A stretch of 63,982 bases of DNA, filler included, from Craspedostauros australis (taxonomy: Eukaryota), in the NCBI GenBank assembly GCA_030167865.1. It is 5 parts of 5 records of this genome, joined end to end, with 100 filler letters (N's around TTAATTAATTAA, not from the genome) between each part and the next. Parts side by side here need not be neighbours in the genome. Positions count along the whole stretch, not along the records: positions 1 to 28,692 come from JALAGF010001943.1; 4 more parts are not named here. One strand, given 5' to 3'. Positions 11,102 through 21,500 of this stretch are shown here, in pieces. Both the position numbers and the translations under genes were made by a program. Below the pieces are notes generated by a model. The model had not been told where the DNA came from. It saw only the letters and a program-made list of their open reading frames with translations, and ran no database searches. How positions within the stretch are numbered: the stretch's first letter is position 1; each line of letters opens with the position of its first letter.

Positions 11102-12152
11102 ATGGTAGATCCAAGCATCCTTCAACTCAACAACCACGCAGTGGCCTTGATGCTCGCGGGCCACGAGAGCACCGCGCACGCCACCCTGCAGACAGCCTTC
11201 TCGCAGTTGAAAGCTGAAGTCGGATCACCGCAGCCATGCGAACATGCCGCACCAGAAGTGCGGTCGAGCCCAAGAAGTGTCCCAGCGAAGGTACGACAAC
11301 TGCGCGCACACTCCATGCCTGAGCGCATCAATGTGCTCATCAGCATTGCTCTGCACATAGCTCGTGCATTCTCGTCACTCACCCTCGCTGTTCCCATCGT
11401 GTCGTCCTTTCCTTTGCGTGTACGGTTCCCATTGCTCCTATCCACAGAACTGCAGCCATGTCGCGATCGAGACGACAGAAGAACCGAAACCTCAGATGGC
11501 CCCATCGTCCATGATGGAGGTAGACGCCAGCCAGACCTCGAATCCCATCTATTGCACAGCGCAGGAGCTCGATGGGATGAAAGATCTGGAATTCGTGCTG
11601 AACAGCCAACCGTTGCTCTTTGACGAGAGCTGCCAGCAGGACCTGCCCTTCGATGTATGCGTTTCCGCCATCCTCTTCAATCTCGCTCTCCTCTTTCATC
11701 ATGCAGCATTGCGTACTCGTAGGTCGAGTCGGCAGAGAAGTACCAGCAACCACCCCCGTGTCCATAGCAGCCGCACTACTTCTACCACCGCCACAGCACG
11801 TAACAACGCCAACAGCAACAACCAAGGCAAAAGCGCCATGGAGATGCAAAGAGTCACCACGTCGATGGCGTACTCCCTGTACGCGACCAGCCGCAACTTC
11901 GCTCGATCCAGCTTCTGCACAAGCAGCGTACTGCCTGCGGCCACGGTGCTGATCGCATCCTCCAACAACCTCGCATGCTTGCAATGCGACTTGGGCCAGA
12001 GCGACCAAGCTGACGAAACCTTCGCAGAGACTGTCAGAAGCCTGCGGTGTTCCAACTCGGGCGTGCTGTCACAGGCTCTGGGCAACGAGCTTGGCAACAT
12101 CTTCCTCAACCGCATGACGTGGAAGAACGTGATCGTGGCATCTGCAGCGTAG
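11102..12152 (+). CDS. Two-exon hypothetical protein (~297 aa) with degenerate TPR-like helices
   Basis: Exon 1 11102-11290 (MVDPSILQLNNHAVALMLAG...PAK). Intron 11291-11447 (GTACGA...CCACAG), phase 0. Exon 2 11448-12152. Motifs LNNxAVxLxxxG, SAILFNLALLFH and SNNLACLQCDLGQ are typical of a diatom helical-repeat family. Confidence 0.75.
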
Positions 12153-12692
12153 CCAAGAGCGACGGCTCCGCGGAATGGCTAGAGAATACTCTCGTTCCTC
12201 GATGGCTGATTCATCATTTGAGCTTTCAGACTTAGCATGCATCAGCATAGACCGCAGATGCAAAACTGGGAGCATGCATACATACAACATACTTGCAACA
12301 ATAACCTAGCAGCAAATGTACAGTAATTGTTCGCAGAATCCTATTGTATTATCTATTGAAAAGCACTATGTAAGAATATAAACATTGTACAAGTGTCGCT
12401 CTGACTGGCTTTTTGCCAAGGCGCCGTATGAAGTTTTCATCGACGGTTCATGCATCGTTCATGCATCAATGCATTATCTGCGTGGTGCACTGGCATTCAG
12501 TCATGTATGGCGTGGTCCAATACTCGCGGAGTATATGATGGCATCGCGATGGGTCAGAGTTAGTGACCGCTAACGGCAATGTGGCGATAGGAATAGTGTG
12601 GATCTTGAAGGCGGTCACGTCATGTTCACGGTGGTCTCCACATGCGCGATAGGTACGACCCTTCCGCAGCGAGGAGGAACCCGCGCCAGGCA

Positions 12693-13691
12693 TCATATCC
12701 AGAGCTGATTGTCTTCGGTATGCATGTTCGCTCCACTCTCGTTGCCGTCATCTTCTGGCGGCTCCGCGGGTATCCCAAATCGTTGCATGGCTCCGTTGAT
12801 AGAGCTGATGAGGAAGGCGACTTCCTGGAACGTCACGATCGCGGTGGGCCTCCAAAACTCCTCCAGCGTTTGCAACAGGTGGTTGCCGCTGAGATCGTAG
12901 TCTCGCAGCGCGGCGTAACGATGCCGTTCGATGCCTTGCAGCGTGATGTTGAGCCAGATCCCGCTGGATCCACCGAACCAGACGGACACCGTGCCGCTCT
13001 TGCTGGCTTGGTGGTAATTGTTGTTGATGTCATTGACGAAGGCTTCGACGGTGCCGCCGCAGTTGAATCTGGCCTTGCAGATCCCGCCGATGCGGATCTC
13101 CATGCTGTGCAAGTCTCGTAATGTGCACTGCGTGATGCGTGGTCTCGCTGATCCGTGTTGGAACGCTGCTGTCGTATCGAAAGCTGCAGCAGCCGACCTT
13201 CCTGCTGGCGGTAATCGTGGCGGCGTGTCCATTGCCATGGCCGTTGCCGTCATTGCGTCAGCTGTTGCCGCTGGCCTCGGCGTCGACGTGGTGTTGGCTG
13301 GTAAGCGATTGCGATGCAGATGAGCATGGTTGCGAGGAGGCGTCACGACTGTTGGCGCCATCATCCCTGCTGTGTGATGGATTGGACGGTTTCCAGTCGT
13401 TCCTGGATTGACACCACTCGAGACATTTCCAGCAGCGCCGAAGGCATTCCCACCATCGCTGCTGGTCTGAGCGAACTCCACCTTCCACAGCTCGGGACTA
13501 TGATCGTAGAATCCGGAATCGAAAGCAGCTTCCGCGTAGACCGGCTCGCCCATGGGTCCTGTGATCGCCACCGTCTTGGCATCGCGACGTTCCTGCTGCA
13601 CCTTCCGACGCAGCAATTGCAACTCCTCCATCAGATCGACGACCACCTTGTCACGAATCGTGGCAGCAACGAAGCACGCCAGATCCGACAT
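12693..13691 (-). CDS. Hypothetical protein (~332 aa)
   Basis: Long ORF. First ATG is at 13691 (MSDLACFVAATIRDKVVVDLMEE, coiled-coil-like); the ORF track start at 13856 is a GTG. Two globular halves separated by an A/T/P-rich linker. Confidence 0.7.
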   Translation of the reverse strand: MSDLACFVAATIRDKVVVDLMEELQLLRRKVQQERRDAKTVAITGPMGEPVYAEAAFDSGFYDHSPELWKVEFAQTSSDGGNAFGAAGNVSSGVNPGTTGNRPIHHTAGMMAPTVVTPPRNHAHLHRNRLPANTTSTPRPAATADAMTATAMAMDTPPRLPPAGRSAAAAFDTTAAFQHGSARPRITQCTLRDLHSMEIRIGGICKARFNCGGTVEAFVNDINNNYHQASKSGTVSVWFGGSSGIWLNITLQGIERHRYAALRDYDLSGNHLLQTLEEFWRPTAIVTFQEVAFLISSINGAMQRFGIPAEPPEDDGNESGANMHTEDNQLWI

Positions 13692-14307
13692 CTTGTTGCT
13701 TTGCCTTGCCTTGTGTGATGCTGTGCTGTCCTGTGCTGTGCTGCGGATGTGCTCTTCGAGAGATGGATGAACGGATTCCGATCCTCCAAGTCCAGTAGAT
13801 CCAGTCCTTCGTTTACGCCGATTCTCAGCGGCCGATACCCCTCTCTCTGGTTTCACTTTGATGGTGCTCTATCCGTAATGAATGCACAGTCTCGCCGATA
13901 CTCTTGCGTTACTTGGTTAGTGAAGCTCACGCCAGTTCACACATACAAAGCGATCGCTGTCCTCTTCTATCTCTCTCTCTGTGTGCAATGGCCTCTGCGA
14001 TGAACCTCGAATGCGGAGTCTCATCCATGTGCCCTCGGGAAAGGAACTGATCTGTGTTGCTCATTTTGTTGATGTGTTGTTCTGTTTGGGTTCTTGGGAA
14101 TGTGGTTGTCACACACACAAAGTGTGTCCGTTGCGAGCCAAATGGTTGGATGCGACAACGTTGAGCTTAATTATTGTGTCGTTGCGACACAAGGAAATGT
14201 CAATTGGGTTGATGCACGACTTGAGTCGAATCTTGCTGTTCCGCGAAGCGATGTTGGCGTAGCGAGTGGATGTGAATCTAGAGGGAGAGAGAGGGAGGTT
14301 GTTGCTC

Positions 14308-16337
14308 TTACTGTTGTTGCTTGGGCTTCGACCCTCCTTGTTGCAATTGTGCAGTTGGCACAAGCACCGAAGCAGGAGGTGGTTGCGTGGCCATCGCCGG
14401 ATTTGGAATCGTTGACGTTGCTGCTGCAGTTGTGGGTTTCACGGCAACGGGCACCACAACCGCTGGGTGGATCTGGCCTATTGTTGCTGGTTGTTGCTGC
14501 GGGATCGGTTTCTGTTGTATTGAAACGGGTGCGACGACTGTTGGAGTTTGAGCGTGTGGTTGTGCCATTGGTTGGGCTTGCTTGATTGTTGGGACGGCCT
14601 TTGGTGGGGCTCCCACTTTCGTTTTTGCTTGAGCAGCAGTTGCCGTTGCGACACGTTGCAAGTTTGTTTGAATCTGCGCTATGGGTTTGGACTGCTTCGG
14701 TGCAGCAGCGAATACCTGGCTCGGTTGCTCTGGCTGAGCTTGAACACTCTGCAGTTGCGGTTGTTGCGGTGACGACGGCTGCGGCGCAGCATGCGACTTG
14801 CGCTGCGCCTTCGCAATCTTTGTGTCGCCTTTCGTTCGTTTGCGCTTGCCGCCCTTCTTGCCGGCCACCGGATTCGGCAGCAACGATGCATCTATGCGTT
14901 GATTCTCCAGCACCGTCGCAATGTCGATGTTGAAATTGCGCAACGCGGCGACGTACAACGGATCCTGAATGATCTCGGGGAATTCACGCAAAGTTGAACG
15001 CAGACATTGCCGGGCGCGTTGTTCGGCCTTGAGCGGTACCTCGCTGGGCGTGGCATCCGGCTGTGGTGTCAAAGCTCCTGGTATGAACTGCTGCCGCTTC
15101 ATGACGATTGCGATGCGCCGTTGTTCATCTTCGTGCTGTTGCTCTCGCTGTTGTTTCAGCAGATCCGTGAATATCTTTCTGCGCTTCTTCGATGCGATCC
15201 ATTCCTTCTGCGCCAGCTGTATCTCGCGCAATATGGTGTTGGGTGGCACGACATGCGTTCTGGGCTTGCCGCCCGAGATGCAGTACTTGATGGGCAGCGG
15301 GACCTTTGTCGATTGCGTTTCTGGATCATGGAAGATGGAAGGCACTTTTGGATTTTCGGTGACGCCTCCTTTCCCTCTTTGTCGCTGGACGCTGTCAGCT
15401 GCGTCCATTGCATCACCCGTGCCCTGTTGCTTGCCCAACACAGATCGAAACGCCTCATCATCCACAACTTGCACAAGACCCATGGTGACCAGCAACTCCA
15501 AAATATCTCGAATGATCTTGCGTGGATGAGGAAAGCGGTTGGCGGGCAGCGAAGGCAGATTATTCTCCAGCTGCAGCTGCGTCAATGGGCCATCTGCAAT
15601 AGCATGCGTTTACAGAAAGGTTTGTGAGATGCGTGATTTCTCAGAAGAAAGACAAACATAAGAGTACGAAGAGCAATGCACATCCAAGTGCTTCTTCACT
15701 TACAGGTTTGCAGCAATTTGAAGACGCCTTGCACCACCTTGGCCACAAAGGGCGAATCGGCCAGCGACGAAGGTCCATTGGTTCTGACGACAGGCTTGAC
15801 CGGGACGACTGACGGTTTCATGGATTTCGGCGAGGTCGTGCCTCCCGCTGATTGGCCGGCAATTGGTTTTTGAGCATATGATTTGGGCGTTGCCAATCTT
15901 TGCTTTGCTTGAGCGGTCGAGAGGCTTGATTTGGGGGCGGAAGCAGCAGGTGGCACCTTGGCCGTTGCTGTCGTTGCTACAGGCTTCACCCTTGCCACTG
16001 GTGTTGCTGCCTGCACTGGCTTTGCCACCATGGCCTGTGAAGCCGCAGCGGACGTTGGGACGAGCTTCGATGGCGCATTCATTGTTGGCAACGACTTCGC
16101 AGCAGGTTGGGGTGAGGAGACCGACGCGCTTGCTTGCGGTGCCGCTGCATCTTGTGCTGATGCAGCCGCTGAAGCTGTTGGCAGGCTTGCAACTGGAACG
16201 GCGACAGCAGCCGAAGCTTGAGCTGCCGGTCTGGTTGATGTTGGTGTTGCCAGTGCTGCTGATGCTGCATTCTGTGTTGGCTTTACCGCAGCCGCATTCG
16301 CAGCTGTGGACGTACGACTATCATCTGGAGCTGTCAT
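14308..16337 (-). CDS. Two-exon protein (~639 aa) with low-complexity termini and a central winged-helix-like domain
   Basis: Exon 1 16337-15704. Intron 15703-15594 (GTAAGT...TTGCAG), phase 1. Exon 2 15593-14308. The junction reads VFKLLQT-Y-GPLTQLQLE...IIRDILELLVTMGLV. Basic NLS-like KKGGKRKRTK. Confidence 0.75.
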
Positions 16338-18559
16338 CCTCGGCAATGCAAGTATCCGTGAGTCGGAGGGGCACTCCACCACCAGCTGTGTGTGTTGTTG
16401 TGTGCGCAGATCGCGCGTTTGGAATTGGCAGGGTTGTGTTGTTTGCCAGTTTTGGTTGTGTTGTTGTTGGGTGTTTGGCCTGTTTGACTACTTGGACTAG
16501 ATGGGCCTAATGGGACGAGTTCCTTCATTTTTGGCGCCAAAAAATCTCTCGTGGATTCGTTTCTGACTCAAATCAATTCCCGAGTTGAAGATAGATCGAC
16601 AATACGATACATGTACTAGTGGGATGCCTCATCAAGGAGAGTTAGAGATCATCCAAGATGCACACAGAGATCGTATGGCATGCACCAGCCCTTTCCCAGA
16701 TCACAATCTTAGTCCCATCTGGACATAGTACCTTCAGTCGCAAATGCATTCCAAACCTGCGCAGTGCTGAGATGCGAAACCTGACGCAACACTCAAGGTG
16801 AGAAAGAGAAAGGAATCGAAGACCGTGCTTGGTCGTTCCCACGAATCCATTCCCAAGCGCAAATGCAAGCGCGTGCTTCAACCTCAACTGCAACAACGCA
16901 ATTGCAAAATGCAAGATGCAGCCCCTCGCTTGCAACTGCAAATTGTGAGATGCGTCACCTTGTTTCTCCACTTTCGAATGAGTTCCTCACGAAGGATGAC
17001 GTGTCAACGTACATCGGCAACATCACAATCAGCCCTTCGCATCTGCAATTGAGGAATCGCACAGGAGCATCCGAGTATGTACTGAAATAATATTTTAGGA
17101 AGTGCAAATGCAGCATCCTCGTGGTTCGTTTTCTCCATTTCGTTTCATCTCGCGAAGTGTGAGACGCGTTCGATGCAAACGCGCGCCTTACCAGACACGA
17201 ACGAAGCTGTTTCTTGGTACAAAGTTATGGGATCTGACACGAGACGATGTCACATTGGCTTCTCAAGATTGTCACTGAGGTGTCAACGTCGATGAGAACA
17301 CAAAGATGATGGCGCGTGTCAAGATGGGGTGTTTGTCTCTCTCCAGAAATCTTGGATCGCGTGGAAGCTGTCATCATGGAGGGTGGTGTCCGACAAGATC
17401 GGAGAGGTTGCGCAAAAGGAGCCTCTCCGAGACCCTTCGCGATGGAAGGAGTTGCGTCCACTATCAGATCGATTCAGTATCGTGGTCGTGCTTTCGCTGT
17501 TTCTTCCACATCAGGAGATTCGTCGCGGATCGCATCGATGCAATTCCACTCATGTAGGTCCGTGACAGTGACGTCAAATCCTTGCGACGGACAAGCGCGG
17601 CGGACGTGCCACCACTTTGTTCTTGCATTTGCGCCAAAATAGAGAGCGGCGAACGTTGGCATCACCATCCAATCAACCTCAAATCGCACAGGAAAATGCA
17701 TCACTGAGCACACGCGACTTGCTCGTGCAATTACGAAGGACAGGCGTGATAGCGATCCCATCAACGATAACAACGACGATAGTCGGAGGCGGGTGACTCC
17801 GATTCCTTCCTTCTTTGTGAATCCGGTCGTCGTCAGCGCGACACCAATGCGAGCGAATGATCCGAGAGGGGTGACGAAGGACATGGAACACGGACGCTGA
17901 TGGTGTGGACCCGTAGGAATCCGATGAGCACAACCCACAAGGCGAGGCTCCCAGAAGGACCTCCCCGACGAACCAAACATGTGCACAAGCGACCCAGAGC
18001 GAGGACTTTCGGTGTTAGGTGATGGCACCTGAGGAGGAGATTCGATTTCTCCACAGTCATTCATGCCATAAAAAGCAACACGTTCGACTCAAACGGCGAT
18101 CCACTGTGCAAGCCCCCTTCTCCAACCTCATCCTCATACATAGCCACATCCACATCCACACGAGCAACTGAGCAGACACGGCATTGCAACGCCATCACAA
18201 GCACATACGTGTACTCGACTCTACATCCGAAACGTCTTCAAAGCTCTGTGTCAAACAGAGATTACCCTTCGTGGAAAGTAAGTGCTCCATGTTCTCCTCT
18301 GCTCTTGTGCGGCGATGCGGGTGCTGTTTTCAAAGTGGTGGATGATTGCTCTCTTTGCACACTGGCGCATCAGATGCCGACTAGCACAAGCTCGCAATTC
18401 TGCTCTAGCATCTCACCAACCCATCCACTCTCTTCAATTACGATACATATCATACAAACGCATTCCGCATTCATTTTCTGTCGTCAATGTCCCGACGCCT
18501 CAAACAGAAGAACATAACTCAACATAACAGAGCCATAGACTAGTCTCTATCATCTAAAC

Positions 18560-21500
18560 ATGACATCGCTGCCGAAGACATCGTCGCCATCCAAGATGAA
18601 GACCTTCAGAGCGAACCTTTTGCTTTCGTACATCCTTTTGGGAGCATTGCACGAGGTGTCGCACATCATTGCAGCCATCATCGCCGCCACCCCTTCCAAT
18701 ACATCGTCACAAATTTGGGGTGCCATCGTCGCCGCAAATGGTGGATCCATCTGTCGCCTACTCTTTCACATCGGCATCCAGCGGCAAGTCAACATTCCGA
18801 CCATCCTCGATGAACGATGCATGTTCTGGATCCGACACACGGGCTGGATCTTCAGCACCGCCCTGTTCATCACCTTGGCGCATTGGTTCGCACGCACGAG
18901 TGCATCATCCGATGACCGTAAACTCAGAAATCCGCACCACAAGGCTCAGTCCACGATCCTCCAAGCACTCGTCACAAACAATTCGGCTGTCTACGCTGCT
19001 GCTATCGTTGCAATCGAGGCTGTATCCACCGATCTGCTGGGATTTCACCCACTTCTCCCGCTCATCTCCGACCCGTCGGTGGCAACGGCGCTGCCATTTT
19101 TCTGCGGAAACTTTGGCGTCATTCTGTTGCACCACAACTGGCTGTCGCACAACCACGGTGAAGCAGCCTTGGAAGTGCTGGAGCGCATGGTCCGCGTCAC
19201 CATGATGAGAGGCGCTCAGTCTGGCGGCGTGGTCACCTACTATCCTAGCACGGCTACTTCCAGCAGCAATACTGGCAATGCGCAAAAGACACCAGGCGAT
19301 CTCGTCGGCATCCGTTGTCGTGTCGTCAACAAGAAGCGGACCAACCTCAGCAAGCTGGTGCGCGCCAAGGTGGACAAGGACATCCTTGACAAGCCCAACC
19401 GCTTCCCCGGTTCCGGTTTCGTCCCCGTCATGTCCGGGCACACCCGCTTTGCGACAACCTCCATTTCCACCCTGGATGGCACGCATCCTCACATTTGGAC
19501 TCCGCCGACCATGCGCCGTGTCTACGACATGACCAAATCGATCAGGGCGTATGCCAAGGAGGGACCCGTGGCGAACCGTCGCGTCGAGAACTACATCACG
19601 CACAACGGAGACTTCGATTTTTACTCTGTCAAAGGCATCAACTACGATCTGGACGTCGTCCAGGCCTGGCTGCAGAGTGTCACACATGCTCCCATGCCAT
19701 CGACGGTCGACTCGTGCGCCGTGGCCGGCATGGTGGACGTGCTGCGCACGCAGGGATGCTTCGGTTTGTCGGCACGGTACGCGTTGGCATTGGGACTACC
19801 CAACAGCGTCATCAGCGATTCGCAATCCAACGGTTTCCCGGAGTACAAGTTCTTCGAGCAGGTGGGCATCATCTTCGAAAAGTCGTTGAAGGAGTACGTC
19901 TCCAACGACGACACCATGATGGACCTCGACACCGACGTCGGCCGCAACGACCTCGCCCAAAACATCTGCGAGAAGATCAAGAAGGACGATGCCGTGCTCG
20001 GCGTTCTCCTCGATTTCGTGGAACCGGACGACATCAACAATACCAAGCAGATCCAGATGATGGCGGACGGCGGCAATGACGATGACGGCAACCGCTTGGC
20101 CACATTGACGGACTTTTGCAGGGCCACGATCGGTGCCTTCTTCGACAACGATCTCTTCTACACCACCAAGACCTTTCTGTCCAGCGCGAAGGGTTCGTTC
20201 GGGTTGGTGGTCTCATCGTCTCTGGATGCGAGACGCCAAATCTGCATCGCCGCGCAAGGCCAGAGCATGTCCATCGCATTCTACCCGTCGAAGGGACTCA
20301 TTTGCTTCGGCTCCGAGCAGGCCGCTGTCAAGTCTGGACTCAACACGCGTCTTCCTGGCGATCGAAGCTTGGAGTCTTCCACACGCGATGTCGACTTGGA
20401 CTCTCTACGACTCGATCTGGATGATCTTGGTGGAGAGATCGTGCTGCTCGATTGGAAGGCGAAGGTGGATCGAGAGACACGCCCAAAACGCACGGCGGCG
20501 GTCATCCCATCACGCTTTGAGGACTCCCACGGCAGCAGCAACGACGGAAATTCGAGCCACATCCTTTCCATGCCCAACCGTCATCTCGCCCGGCACAGCA
20601 TGCTGAATGGAGATGTGACTCTCGTTACATTCAGACTCGACAAGAGCGTGGGGCAGGCCGACACTCTGGTGCAGCTCTTCCATCGCATGACAGCACTGTC
20701 GCGCAATGCTCTGATCAAGCCGCTCAAAGACGATTGCGAGGACCCCATCCTCGAGGACATCAACGAGATCCCGGCCGTGTGCAGGAAGATCCAAGATGAG
20801 TTTCAGGTCTCCAAGGCCCACACCAGCCTGAACAGGCTGGCGGCGTACAACCTCTCGAGTTGCTTGCGGCACCGCCTCAAGGCCAAGCTGGAGGGCAAGT
20901 CGTCTGGCTCCATCGACATCCTCCTCACAGGATGCGAGGTCTCGCTTTGGCTCGCGGAACAGTTTGGATCTGATCTGCAAAAGGCCTTCCCGAAGCTCAA
21001 GATCCAATCCGTCAGCAGCAACAAGCTGCTTGGATTGTTCGGCCAGGAGATCTCCTTGCCTTCGTTCGGCTTTCCGTACTCCCCGCAAACGCAGGATCTC
21101 AGCGACACGATCATCATCATCGTGAGCCAGAGCGGCGGCACCTTCGCTCCGCTCAACTGCTCCAATCTGCTGCAAGGATCCACCGACAACCTCTTCGTCG
21201 TGACGTCGGAATGGGATACGCAGATCGGCAAGCAGCTTCGCAGTATCGACGGCTCCAACGGTGTCAGCCTCGAGAGTGCGCTGAAGCACCGCATCTTCAC
21301 AACGGAGGTTGGAATGCGTCCTGCGGAGCCGAGCTCCATCTCAGTAGTCGCCACGCACCAGCTGCTCACAAACTTGCTGGAATACCTCAGCGCTGTCATC
21401 CTCAGTGACAATCGCTACAGGCGCATCACAGGAACGAGGATGACGGAGCAAGACCTGCAGATCCTGGAACGGTGCAACCAATCCAACGTTTCCGCACTCG

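Noticed and set aside
16642..17090. Possible small exons (AAG/GTGAGA donor; FLTKDDVSTYIGNITI...)
   Set aside because: No consistent spliced gene model could be built.
17316..18064. Plus frame interrupted by stops at 17640, 17898, 17925 and 18030, with a 196-aa antisense ORF
   Set aside because: Could be a pseudogene or orphan gene, but there is no recognisable homology and the coding strand cannot be decided.
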